A DNA stretch of 64,000 nt from Candidatus Woesearchaeota archaeon (GTDB lineage: Archaea; Nanobdellota; Nanobdellia; SCGC-AAA011-G17; UBA489), in assembly GCA_964367375.1 (NCBI GenBank), contig CAYIXG010000004.1, positions 59,556 to 123,555 on the forward strand, in the 5' to 3' direction. The position numbers were made by a program, and so were the translations under genes. The notes beneath the pieces are model-generated. The model had not been told where the DNA came from and made no database searches. It worked only from the letters and a program-made list of their open reading frames with translations. Of the stretch, positions 48,173-57,561 are shown in pieces. Numbering within the stretch: position 1 is the first letter of the stretch; every line of letters begins with the position of its first letter.

Positions 48173-48703
48173 CTAGAACTCGCATACAGCACGCACTACA
48201 TCAAGATTTGCCTGCGTCCGCTTCAACTCCACTTCTGCCTCAGCAATATTTCCTTTCACCCTCTCAATCTGGGGAGTATATACCTCTTCCAATTCTTTAC
48301 TCTTTTGATCATACTCCGCTTGCAATCTGTTACGTTCTGCAACATCACTCCCTAAAAAACCTTTCACGTCAGCAACGTCGTCCTCAGCACCCTTTACATC
48401 AGAGGCACATTTTCCACCATACTCAATAAATTCTTTTTGTTCCTTTTCTTGCACTATTGGCGGAGACACTTGCTCTTCTTCAATACTTTCTCCAACATTT
48501 TCACCAACACTCTTTCCCACCTGTTGCGCTTTCTGCTCAGGAATATTCTGCACCGCAGTCGCTCCAGAAATGATGTTGCTCTTTTCCTTGTCTTGCCCCC
48601 AGAACATATACCCTATTCCTGCAATTAATACAAGTGCAATAATGCCTATCACCAGACCTCTCTTTCCTTCCCATCCAAAAATCTCCCTATTCCTTCTGTT
48701 CAT
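48173..48703 (-). CDS. membrane-anchored coiled-coil protein
   Basis: N-terminal TM LVIGIIALVLIAGIGYMFW and a C-terminal coiled coil. Confidence 0.4.
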   Translation of the reverse strand: MNRRNREIFGWEGKRGLVIGIIALVLIAGIGYMFWGQDKEKSNIISGATAVQNIPEQKAQQVGKSVGENVGESIEEEQVSPPIVQEKEQKEFIEYGGKCASDVKGAEDDVADVKGFLGSDVAERNRLQAEYDQKSKELEEVYTPQIERVKGNIAEAEVELKRTQANLDVVRAVCEF

Positions 48704-48764
48704 TCCTTTCCTCTTCCTTTTCTTGGTTTAAATACCTTTCTAGCAGATTGAAAAAAACGAGAAA

Positions 48765-49490
48765 CTATCTTTTTGCTATGTTCCAGAGAACATCAAAAAC
48801 TGCTCTTTGTGTATTTCTAATTGCCTTATCATCTATCTTTACGCCAATAATCTCCTTTTCTAAAGTGATGATTGCTATTTTATCACCAAAAATAAATGTC
48901 ATTGCTCGAACATCTTTTAACGACGTAAGAAACTTAAGATTTGTCACTTTCTTTACCTCTGGATTGGTATACCAAAATTCTGTCTTTTCCGATCTCTCCG
49001 TAAGAATTAAATTAAGTATAATGGAACGTTCTATTCTCTTTCGTGCATAACTCTTTGGAATGTGTTTTGTTTCTTCTGTTACATTTATTGGCGAACCATA
49101 TGCATATAACTCTTTTTCTTCATAAATCTCATTTAATAATGTTATAATTCCTTTTACTCCTTCGTAAATGACAACCTGCGGTCTTTTGCTAAAACTTCCC
49201 GCACGTTCTCTTAACTTTGGAATAAGATCTTTTAAAAAATTTTCTTTTAATTTTAATTGATTTAGCAACTCTTTTGGATCCACAGCACTATACAATAACT
49301 TTTTCTCTTTTTTGTATGAGGCAATAAAACCTTTCTCTGTTAGTCTGTTTAGTGTATCATAAATAGTTGACCTTGGTAGTCCTGTCCTACTTGAAATAAG
49401 AGCAACTGATGCATTTTTTAATTCCAAGGTTGCAAGATACACTCTTATTTCATTATCTGATAACCCGATCTCTCGTAATTCATCTTCCAT
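48765..49490 (-). CDS. TrmB-family transcriptional regulator (paralog 4, AT-rich)
   Basis: RVYLATLELKNASVALISSRTGLPRSTIYDTLNRLTEKGFI. C-terminal ...VFDVLWNIAKR. Confidence 0.6.
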   Translation of the reverse strand: MEDELREIGLSDNEIRVYLATLELKNASVALISSRTGLPRSTIYDTLNRLTEKGFIASYKKEKKLLYSAVDPKELLNQLKLKENFLKDLIPKLRERAGSFSKRPQVVIYEGVKGIITLLNEIYEEKELYAYGSPINVTEETKHIPKSYARKRIERSIILNLILTERSEKTEFWYTNPEVKKVTNLKFLTSLKDVRAMTFIFGDKIAIITLEKEIIGVKIDDKAIRNTQRAVFDVLWNIAKR

Positions 49491-49596
49491 ACCTCTCTGG
49501 GGACACTTCCTCTATTTAATATTTTCGTCGGAAAGCGACGATAAAATTATATATACTAGTTAATTACTACTTAGTTATAACAAAAAGGACATCAAT

Positions 49597-50715
49597 ATGA
49601 ACAATACCAAACCAATGATTATAGGGATCGTTTCAGTCATTATCCTCTTGATAGGTATAGTAACCTACGCACTCCTTACCCCCACCCAGAAAAAGGATTC
49701 TATCACCATTGGAGTTATTTTCCCCCAAACAGGCCCTATTGCCGAAGTCGGTGGCTTTCTCTTTAACGGAGTTGACTTAGCACTCCAAGAGATCAATGCA
49801 CACGGAGGCGTCCGGGGAGCTCCCCTCAATATCCTCATTGAAGATGATCAGTGTGTTCCTAAAAATACTGTTACTGCATTACATAAACTCATTGAAGTTG
49901 ATGCTCTCCAATTTATTATCGGTCCCTTTTGCTCAGGATCGATGCTTGCAGCAGCACCCATTGCAGAAGAGAACCGTGTCATTCTTTTCTCACCCGGAGC
50001 GAGTTCCCCCGAAGTAACAGATGCAGGTGATTATATCTTTCGAACAACACCCTCAGATATTCATCAAGCACAATACTTTAGTACGACTCTTGCAGAAAAA
50101 TTTGAAAATGTAGCAATTATCCATGTAGAGAATAAATGGGCAACAGACATGACACATGCATTCACTCAGTCATTTCCAAATACCATTGTCACTATTCAAT
50201 CCTTCGAGAACGATGTTACGGATGTGAGAACGCAACTCCTAAAAATAAAAGAACAAAAACCAGATGCTTTACTTATATTTGTGTACCCAAACCATTACCC
50301 CTTTATCACTCAGCAGCTTGTTACATTAGGCATTGATGTACCTCTCTTTGCTACACATACCTTTGAAACATCAGTCGCATTTCAATTAGGAGAGAATGCT
50401 CAAAGATATACTTACACTAATCTCGATTACCCAGAAGAAAACAGCGACATTGCAGCATTCAAGAATAAATTTTTCACTAAATATGACGAAGAACCCAGTA
50501 TTTGGGTTGCCTTAGCGTATGACACAACCCTCATCCTTGGAGAGGCTCTCAATGCTTGCGGTGAAGATTCAGACTGTGTGAAAGACTATCTTTACGCAGT
50601 CCAAGGATATACAGGAGTATCAGGAGTGAAATCATTTAATGAAAATGGCGATATTACAGACCCTTATTATGTCCTTAAAACAGTAAGCGATGGTAAATTT
50701 GTGAGAATACAATAG
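49597..50715 (+). CDS. ABC-transporter substrate-binding protein, branched-chain amino-acid (LivJ/PBP1) family, membrane-anchored, orphan
   Basis: ITIGVIFPQTGPIAEVGGFLFNGVDLALQEINAHGGVRGAPLNILIEDDQC. No permease or ATPase genes adjacent. Confidence 0.75.
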   Translation: MNNTKPMIIGIVSVIILLIGIVTYALLTPTQKKDSITIGVIFPQTGPIAEVGGFLFNGVDLALQEINAHGGVRGAPLNILIEDDQCVPKNTVTALHKLIEVDALQFIIGPFCSGSMLAAAPIAEENRVILFSPGASSPEVTDAGDYIFRTTPSDIHQAQYFSTTLAEKFENVAIIHVENKWATDMTHAFTQSFPNTIVTIQSFENDVTDVRTQLLKIKEQKPDALLIFVYPNHYPFITQQLVTLGIDVPLFATHTFETSVAFQLGENAQRYTYTNLDYPEENSDIAAFKNKFFTKYDEEPSIWVALAYDTTLILGEALNACGEDSDCVKDYLYAVQGYTGVSGVKSFNENGDITDPYYVLKTVSDGKFVRIQ

Positions 50716-50755
50716 AATATTCCTATAGTATCCCTTAATGGATCTTTCTTCAGGC

Positions 50756-51445
50756 TTATACCATCACAACCCTTGCCACTCCCTGCGCCTTCTTTATCGT
50801 TGCCTTTTCGCCCTGTTTTATTGTGAGCATTTGCGGATTATTATCAGCGCACACGTGCGCATCCCCGCGCTTTATCGTCACCACCACCTTTGTGTCCTTA
50901 TTAACCATCATCGGCTTTATTTCTTTTGTCGCGTTATTCAGCGCGATTCCTAGACCAGACTTAAATGATCTTCTTGTTATCGAATGAAAATACCCTGTCG
51001 ACCCAAAAGGCGTTGCAACAACCACACCATCACCAATAATAATTCCTATTCCGTGCTTTCTGCTCGTTTGCAGAGTAAACCGCAAGGCATTTCTCGGATC
51101 TTTATTTCGCACAGAAATCTCATTCATCGCCACCATTCTCTTTCCTTTCACAATCACTTCCACCTTATCATACTTCTTCACAAACAACTCTTTTTTTTGC
51201 GCCTTCATCAATATTGATTGCAATGACCCGTTCACACATTTTTTGCATACCTCACTTTTTCTTACCATCAACTTCGGCACTCCTGGAAATGAGCGCTCTG
51301 CACGCAACAACGTCCCATCACCACCCATGCATATCACCATCTGTGGATTCTTTGCAGCCAGAACAAAACCTGATCTTTTTACCGCATCCCTTACCCTCTG
51401 TATATCATCATCCTTATACAATGAATAAATGAGAACTCTCTTCAT
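50756..51445 (-). CDS. nadK: NAD+ kinase
   Basis: MVICMGGDGTLLRA contains the GGDGT motif. ...GSTGY. Confidence 0.65.
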   Translation of the reverse strand: MKRVLIYSLYKDDDIQRVRDAVKRSGFVLAAKNPQMVICMGGDGTLLRAERSFPGVPKLMVRKSEVCKKCVNGSLQSILMKAQKKELFVKKYDKVEVIVKGKRMVAMNEISVRNKDPRNALRFTLQTSRKHGIGIIIGDGVVVATPFGSTGYFHSITRRSFKSGLGIALNNATKEIKPMMVNKDTKVVVTIKRGDAHVCADNNPQMLTIKQGEKATIKKAQGVARVVMV

Positions 51446-51447
51446 TT

Positions 51448-52470
51448 TTATTCAATACACAATACTGGCGGATTCTTCAACAGCTCGTTCATAATCTCAA
51501 TAGCATGATTAATGTCACGCCGATGCGCAATGCTCGTTGTTGTGTGAATATTCCTGATAGGAATGCTAATCACTCCTGTTGGAATGCCACCCTTTGCTAC
51601 AGAAATGCTTAACGCATCTGTTGTTCCTAAATCAGTCACTTCAAGCTGGATTGGAATCTTCTTCTTCCTTGATATTTCCTTAAATAAGTCGTTGATGCAC
51701 TTGTTTCCAATCATATCTGCATCCTTCACCGTAATGCACGGACCACCACCCAATTTTTTTGTGTACTTGTCCATATCAAAATCGTCACACCCTGTTGTTT
51801 CCACAACCAACGCCCAATCAGGATTTATCGAATACATTGACGTTTTTGAACCGTATAACCCCACTTCCTCCTGCACTGTAAACACAAACATGAGATCTGC
51901 CTTACTCTTTTGCAACCTCTTTGCCAACTCAATTAAAATAAAGCATCCCAATCGATCATCCAATGCCTTCCCACAAATAATATCATTATTTCCCAAATAT
52001 GCCGCTTCAGCATCAATATGCATGTATTCCCCTATGCTCACACCCAATTTCTTCAATTCTTTCTTTGTCAAACCAGTGTCCACAATCAAATCATGCATCT
52101 TCGGCACTTGCGTCATCTCCTCCTCTCCTGTAATCTCTTTTGTTGTAATAATACCCCGAATAAATCCCTTCTTTGTCGGAATTTTGACGTGCTCACCCAT
52201 CAAAGTTATCGGCTCAAGACCACCGACCTCTGCACAATAAATCCAGCCCCCTTCACTTATACTTCTCACCATTAAGCCCACTTCATCCATATGCGCGACA
52301 AGCATCACCGCTGGAGATTTTCCCTTATGATGTGCAATCAGATTCCCAAACTTGTCCACTTTCACCTCATCCACATACTTCTTAATCTCCTTTTCAATCA
52401 TATGACGAATAGGCTTTTCAAAACCACTCGGACCGGAAGCATTAATCAATTTCATCAAGAATTCAGACAT
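51448..52470 (-). CDS. M42-family (TET/FrvX-like) aminopeptidase
   Basis: ...AVMLVAHMDEVGLMV... shows the co-catalytic metal-ligand pattern. 340 aa. Confidence 0.8.
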   Translation of the reverse strand: MSEFLMKLINASGPSGFEKPIRHMIEKEIKKYVDEVKVDKFGNLIAHHKGKSPAVMLVAHMDEVGLMVRSISEGGWIYCAEVGGLEPITLMGEHVKIPTKKGFIRGIITTKEITGEEEMTQVPKMHDLIVDTGLTKKELKKLGVSIGEYMHIDAEAAYLGNNDIICGKALDDRLGCFILIELAKRLQKSKADLMFVFTVQEEVGLYGSKTSMYSINPDWALVVETTGCDDFDMDKYTKKLGGGPCITVKDADMIGNKCINDLFKEISRKKKIPIQLEVTDLGTTDALSISVAKGGIPTGVISIPIRNIHTTTSIAHRRDINHAIEIMNELLKNPPVLCIE

Positions 52471-52482
52471 GTTTCCACCTCT

Positions 52483-52710
52483 TCATTCAGAAGCCACCAC
52501 CTTCATCTCCTTTCCGCAACAAATAGGAATACTCTTATCATTTCCACACATCACACACACCAACACCCCCTTCTTTACCTCCATGCTCCCCTGGCAACAC
52601 ATCGGGACTTCAATCTCTGTATCACACATTACACACACTAAATCAGTATGCACCTTCTTTTTTTGCATACTTCTTCTTGAGAATGCAGGCTTATATAAAC
52701 TTTGTGTCAA
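52483..52710 (-). CDS. tandem desulforedoxin-like metal-binding mini-protein
   Basis: Internal duplication: LVCVMCDTEIEVPMCCQGSMEV and LVCVMCGNDKSIPICCGKEMKV, each C-x2-C...CC-G-x-x-M. Confidence 0.5.
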   Translation of the reverse strand: MTQSLYKPAFSRRSMQKKKVHTDLVCVMCDTEIEVPMCCQGSMEVKKGVLVCVMCGNDKSIPICCGKEMKVVASE

Positions 52711-52716
52711 CCTTTC

Positions 52717-52959
52717 TTATTTTATACCCAGAGCCTTTTTCAATGCAGACTCGTTAAAGCCCACAATAATCTGATCCCCTACTTCAATGACAGGCACACC
52801 CCTCTGCCCAGACCTTTCAATCATTTCTGCAGCTGCCTTTTGATCCTCACCCACATTCACATCCTTAAATGCAATCTTATGCTCCTTTAACCAATCCTTC
52901 ACCTTATGACACCACGGACAGGAAGATGTTGAATAGACTTTTACAGAAGTTTTTTGCAT
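52717..52959 (-). CDS. glutaredoxin/NrdH-like small redoxin
   Basis: VYSTSSCPWCHKVKDWL...GVPVIEV. Confidence 0.75.
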   Translation of the reverse strand: MQKTSVKVYSTSSCPWCHKVKDWLKEHKIAFKDVNVGEDQKAAAEMIERSGQRGVPVIEVGDQIIVGFNESALKKALGIK

Positions 52960-53217
52960 GCTTCTTCACTCCTCTTCTTTCAACCCCCACAAGCGCTTCT
53001 TTTTATACTTTTCCTTTTCAAACACAATCTTTATTAATAACTCTCTTTCTTCTTTATTATGCATCGTCCCTATTCTCTGAATCGTTCACTTTATCAAAAT
53101 AACCAGGCACCACACGACCAACTTTCTCACCTTTTTTCTTCACGCACTCTTCCTTCTTTCCTTGACCATTCTTCATCCACACTCGATGGAGCACTGACTG
53201 AAGTACACCTCTTTCCC

Positions 53218-53853
53218 TCACTCGCTCCTCTTATTCCACCAGCCCTGCTCCTTTTTGTCCTTTATTCCGCTCAACAAAAGAAGCAAGCCCACCCCTAAAC
53301 TTCCTCCTGCGATCGTTTTTACAAACGACTTGAAAAAAGACTCTGGAAAAAGCTTTAGCAAATTATCTGTTTCCGGATTTAATATCCACAACTCATTATC
53401 AAACATCACCTCATGAAATAGAATAAAACTCTCCCTAAACTGCATACTTAATAACAGTATCCCTATCACTCCTGCTATTGTTATCACTCCTGCTTTTACC
53501 ATCACACCCTTTTTGTTTCCTTTCCCCCTCAGCAGAAGAACAACAAGAATACCCACCACACCATATGCTCCAAAGACCATTCTCTTGTATAATTCATGCA
53601 CATCCTCCATATGCCTCTTTTCTTTTTCATTCAAGAGCGTTGATGAAATTGATTCACCATTCTTAATGAACCTTACCAAAACCTCTCTTTCCTTATCTAC
53701 AGTCTCCTTCCCAAACACATCATATGCACCATTCTTCTCAAACTGACTTTCATAGAAACTCGTGCTACTCATAACAAGCTCAAGATTTAACACAACAATA
53801 ATTACTGCAAGAAGAAGACCAACACAATACTCCTTTCCCTTTCCCATCTCCAC
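53218..53853 (-). CDS. integral membrane protein (about 4 TM), unknown function
   Basis: Hydrophobic segments. No CxxC. Confidence 0.45.
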   Translation of the reverse strand: MEMGKGKEYCVGLLLAVIIVVLNLELVMSSTSFYESQFEKNGAYDVFGKETVDKEREVLVRFIKNGESISSTLLNEKEKRHMEDVHELYKRMVFGAYGVVGILVVLLLRGKGNKKGVMVKAGVITIAGVIGILLLSMQFRESFILFHEVMFDNELWILNPETDNLLKLFPESFFKSFVKTIAGGSLGVGLLLLLSGIKDKKEQGWWNKRSE

Positions 53854-53856
53854 CCC

Positions 53857-54345
53857 TTACTCAACAAGCTTCTCAATCACTGCCTTGAATTCTGCCTCTT
53901 CAGCAGCCAAATCACCCTGCACCTCATAGCCATTGCCAATACGCACATACTTACACCCAAAAATGAATGTAGGGATACTCTCCGCAGGATTAAACTTCCT
54001 AAAAACTTCCAGTTCTATTTCCGGAACACTTGACTCCTGATTTCCTGTCAGCAAATTATCATTTGTGTCCACTTCCCACTGATATGCAATAATCTTTCCT
54101 GCAGCTGCATATTCATCTACCACCTTCTTGAACGTCTCTTTAACCCACTGGCAGTGCGGACACCATGATGTGCTGAACTCCCTAATAATCGGTCTGCCTT
54201 GCTCATCCTTGCATACCTCATCTCCTGAATCTGTAAATGTATCTGTATCCTTTGTTTCAATAGTCACCCTTTTTTGCGTGTCTTGCGCACACCCCGCTAT
54301 CACTATCACGCACAAAAGAAAAAAGAACACGAAGAGCTTATTCAT
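53857..54345 (-). CDS. thioredoxin-fold lipoprotein
   Basis: Lipobox LCVIVIAGC. Active-site SWCPHCQ. Confidence 0.6.
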   Translation of the reverse strand: MNKLFVFFFLLCVIVIAGCAQDTQKRVTIETKDTDTFTDSGDEVCKDEQGRPIIREFSTSWCPHCQWVKETFKKVVDEYAAAGKIIAYQWEVDTNDNLLTGNQESSVPEIELEVFRKFNPAESIPTFIFGCKYVRIGNGYEVQGDLAAEEAEFKAVIEKLVE

Positions 54346-54347
54346 CT

Positions 54348-55178
54348 CTAATTATCCGTGTTCAAAAGCTCTGCATTGAGCACCTGCTCAAAGCTCGTGA
54401 AAGGCTGCGCACCAACGATCTTGAAGACAACCTTCTTCCCGTCCGTGCTCTCCCCATAATACAATCCGAGTTGCGGATTATGCAACTTTTTCAATGCCTC
54501 CACATCAGCTAAACTCTTGTCAACCATGGCAAAGAATGTTGGTGTTCCTGAAGCACCTGCCTTTGTTGCATCAGCATTATCCTTATCCACTTCACTCTTA
54601 TATTTCCCTGCATCGAAACAGCTGTTGAACTTGCTCACATCCAACCCTGCTTCCTGAGCCCACTTCTTATAATTTGCAGTTCCCAACTCTTGTTGGTTCT
54701 TAAAGAGCAAGTCATGATATGCCCAGAATTTTCCCTGTTCATCTGCACACTCTGCAGCCTCTGCAGCAGGATGCGCTTCAGGATGGAACGCTAATGGCAA
54801 GTCTCTAAACACAAGCTTGACTTTTCCCTTCTTCACAAAGTTCTCCTCAATCTGCGGCAAGGTTTGCGTAAATGCTCTTCCACAGAAAGGGCACTGGAAA
54901 TCGCTATACTCAATTAATGTTACTGGAGCCTTTGCATCACCCTTCACTGGATCGTCATCTTCATTCAAATCAATCTTTGCATCAATACCTGGCTCTGGCG
55001 GAAGATTTTGTGGGTTTGTTGGCGAGGGAAGTGCATCTTCCTGACTTCCTCCTCTAAACCCTCCTGTCACAATAGAAATGATAAACAATACTGCAAATAG
55101 AATAGTTCCTATTCTCCACAATGATAACTCATCAAACTCTAACTTAATCTTACGCTTCTCTTTTTGTTCTTCTGTCAT
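54348..55178 (-). CDS. DsbA-like thiol:disulfide oxidoreductase, membrane-anchored
   Basis: N-terminal TM. YSDFQCPFCGRAF is a DsbA CxxC active site. Confidence 0.7.
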   Translation of the reverse strand: MTEEQKEKRKIKLEFDELSLWRIGTILFAVLFIISIVTGGFRGGSQEDALPSPTNPQNLPPEPGIDAKIDLNEDDDPVKGDAKAPVTLIEYSDFQCPFCGRAFTQTLPQIEENFVKKGKVKLVFRDLPLAFHPEAHPAAEAAECADEQGKFWAYHDLLFKNQQELGTANYKKWAQEAGLDVSKFNSCFDAGKYKSEVDKDNADATKAGASGTPTFFAMVDKSLADVEALKKLHNPQLGLYYGESTDGKKVVFKIVGAQPFTSFEQVLNAELLNTDN

Positions 55179-55320
55179 TCAACATAACCCCCTTTCATAG
55201 TCATCAATCTTTTTTGCTTCTCCTTCCCATATATAAACTTTCCTTTTTCCAAACATTCTCTTTATTCTATATGCATTCTCCATCGTAATCCTTATAAGAG
55301 AGCACTTTTTTTCTCTTATC

Positions 55321-55803
55321 ATGGGAATCACAACCCTTCTCTACCCTCTGCACGGAAAAACACGTCACCTCTTTGAACTTGTTCAGCATGCAGACCATTC
55401 CAAACCTGTCACCATGCGCCTTTCAGGCGTTGTTCTTCACAACGAAGATGATCCAGAACGCATGCAAGGATATGTCACCACAACTTACACAACCACAGCA
55501 ACAGATCGAGAACGTCGATTCCTGAGAGTCCACCCTGGACAATGCTCATTACGCATCGGCATGCGGCCCTTTGGACTCGAACTTGGAGGAACATTCTCCC
55601 ATGTTCTCCACCTCATTAACCAAGACAATCATAAACTTGTCGCAGAAGGCTTAACTGTTATCGTCCATCCTCAGGATATTCATTTCACTCCGAACGGTGT
55701 TGATTCCAGAGGTCTTTACTCCGGCCAGCTTGAAGACTTAGCATGTACATTCTTCCAAGAATCCTTGTATTGCTCTCTTGTCCGAGAACCGCTACACATC
55801 TAA
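55321..55803 (+). CDS. hypothetical protein
   Basis: Only long ORF in this 480-bp stretch. 12-nt convergent overlap with xth. Confidence 0.3.
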   Translation: MGITTLLYPLHGKTRHLFELVQHADHSKPVTMRLSGVVLHNEDDPERMQGYVTTTYTTTATDRERRFLRVHPGQCSLRIGMRPFGLELGGTFSHVLHLINQDNHKLVAEGLTVIVHPQDIHFTPNGVDSRGLYSGQLEDLACTFFQESLYCSLVREPLHI

Positions 55804-56562
55804 CACCATCCCCACAGGGCAATGATCAGACCCCATCACCTTTGAACGAATAAACGCGTCTTTCACTGCAGATTTTAACCTTTTTGACACACACCAATAA
55901 TCAATCCGCCACCCCACATTCCTCTTTCTCGCGTTAAAACGGTATGTCCACCACGTGTATTGATGCGGCTCTTTATGCAACTCACGAAATGTGTCTATAA
56001 AACCTGCACCCAACATCGTGGAGAAATTTGCCCGTTCATCATCTGTAAACCCTGCATTTTTTCGATTCGCCTTCGGATTCGCCAAGTCAATCTCTTCATG
56101 CGCCACATTCAAATCGCCACACACAATAACTGGTTTCTTTTTGTCTAGATCCTTCACAAAACTCAAGAAATCCTTATCCCATTGCATGCGGTATTTCAAG
56201 CGCGTCAAACCGCGCTGCGCATTTGGAGTGTACACATTCACCACAAAAAAATGCGCAAACTCAAGCGTGATGACCCTTCCTTCTTTGTCATGCTCTGGCT
56301 TATTTATACCATAGATCACTTGTACCGGCTTCACCTTTGTGAACACTGCAGTCCCTGCATACCCACTCTTCTCTGCATCACTCCAAAATTGGTGGTACTG
56401 CAGAAGATTGATCTGCACCTGATGATTTTTCGCCTTCGTTTCCTGCATACAAAAGATGTCTGGATCCTCATTCTCCATAAATTTCATAAAACCCTTCTTC
56501 AACACTGCACGAATTCCATTCACATTCCAGGACACCAGTTTCATATGTTCTCCAGCCCTCAA
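55792..56562 (-). CDS. xthA: exodeoxyribonuclease III/AP endonuclease
   Basis: MKLVSWNVNGIRAV...DIFCMQETK...GDLNVAHEEIDL...SDHCPV. Confidence 0.85.
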   Translation of the reverse strand: MRAGEHMKLVSWNVNGIRAVLKKGFMKFMENEDPDIFCMQETKAKNHQVQINLLQYHQFWSDAEKSGYAGTAVFTKVKPVQVIYGINKPEHDKEGRVITLEFAHFFVVNVYTPNAQRGLTRLKYRMQWDKDFLSFVKDLDKKKPVIVCGDLNVAHEEIDLANPKANRKNAGFTDDERANFSTMLGAGFIDTFRELHKEPHQYTWWTYRFNARKRNVGWRIDYWCVSKRLKSAVKDAFIRSKVMGSDHCPVGMVLDV

Positions 56563-56595
56563 AAACTATTTAAACATTCTCCCTTCGAATTCCCT

Positions 56596-57546
56596 ATGCG
56601 CACCGCAACAACCTTTCCAAAACTCTCCAGCCCTGCCATTTTAAGTCCTATGGCAGGCATAACTGATGTTGCATTTCGAGGACTTGCTAAACGCTACGGT
56701 GCAGGACTCACCTATACTGAATTTGTCCACAGCACTGCACTCATTCATGAAAACAAGAAAACACGCCTCATGCTCGCAACAGATCCTCTTGAGCAGCCTG
56801 TTGCTGTCCAACTTTTTGGCAACTCCATTCACGATGTTGTTGCAGCAGCACACATAGTTGAACCCTCCTTTGATATTATTGACATCAACTGTGGATGTCC
56901 TGCGTGGAAGGTTATCCGCACCGGCGCAGGGAGCGCGCTCCTCAAAAAACCCGAAGCAATTGCGCATCTCATCAACACCCTCGTTTCTGTAGTTACCAAA
57001 CCTGTTACTGTCAAAATCAGAACAGGCATCGATGACACGCACATTAATGCAGTGCACATCGCACGCATTGCACAAGATGCAGGAGTAGCAGCCATTGCAG
57101 TGCACGGACGCACACAGCAGCAAGGATACTCAGGATCTGCAGACTGGAACATCATTGCAGCAGTCAAACGAGCTGTTGACATTCCTGTCATCGGAAATGG
57201 AGATGTCTTCACTCCTGAAACGTTCAAAGAACGGCTTGAGCAGAGCGGTGTGGACGCTATCATGATCGCACGCGGCGCAATCGGAAACCCCGCACTTTTC
57301 ACCCAGATTAACAGCTACCTCGCAACCGGCGCTTATGAACCTCTCCATCCATTCACGCAACTTTTTGCATACCTTGACCTTGCCATTCACTATAACTTAC
57401 CATTCTCTTTACTTAAACAACAAGCAATCCTCTTCACTAAAGGCGTTCCTGCAGCAGCATCCCTTCGAAACGCGCTCGCACACACCACCACCATAGACGC
57501 ACTTTACACCCTTCTTACCCCCCTCCACGCCCAGGACAACGTTTAA
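56596..57546 (+). CDS. dus: tRNA-dihydrouridine synthase
   Basis: ILSPMAGITDVAFRGLAKRYGAGLTYTEFV...IDINCGCP... The track ORF is extended upstream to 56182, antisense to xth, and is ignored in favour of the ATG at 56596. Confidence 0.8.
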   Translation: MRTATTFPKLSSPAILSPMAGITDVAFRGLAKRYGAGLTYTEFVHSTALIHENKKTRLMLATDPLEQPVAVQLFGNSIHDVVAAAHIVEPSFDIIDINCGCPAWKVIRTGAGSALLKKPEAIAHLINTLVSVVTKPVTVKIRTGIDDTHINAVHIARIAQDAGVAAIAVHGRTQQQGYSGSADWNIIAAVKRAVDIPVIGNGDVFTPETFKERLEQSGVDAIMIARGAIGNPALFTQINSYLATGAYEPLHPFTQLFAYLDLAIHYNLPFSLLKQQAILFTKGVPAAASLRNALAHTTTIDALYTLLTPLHAQDNV

Positions 57547-57561
57547 ATACTTCTTTACTCT

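Noticed and set aside
52960-53217. 39-aa minus-strand ORF (MKNGQGKKEECVKKKGEKVGRVVPGYFDKVNDSENRDDA) in the gap after the glutaredoxin gene
   Set aside because: No recognisable family and no clear RBS. Too short to call without conservation data.
56182-56595. N-terminal 138-codon extension of the dus ORF in the track
   Set aside because: Extension is antisense to xth and lacks Dus homology. The true start is the ATG at 56596 (MRTATTF...).
56641-57390. Minus-strand ORFs (86-160 aa) within dus
   Set aside because: Antisense shadow ORFs. Cys-rich translations without motifs.
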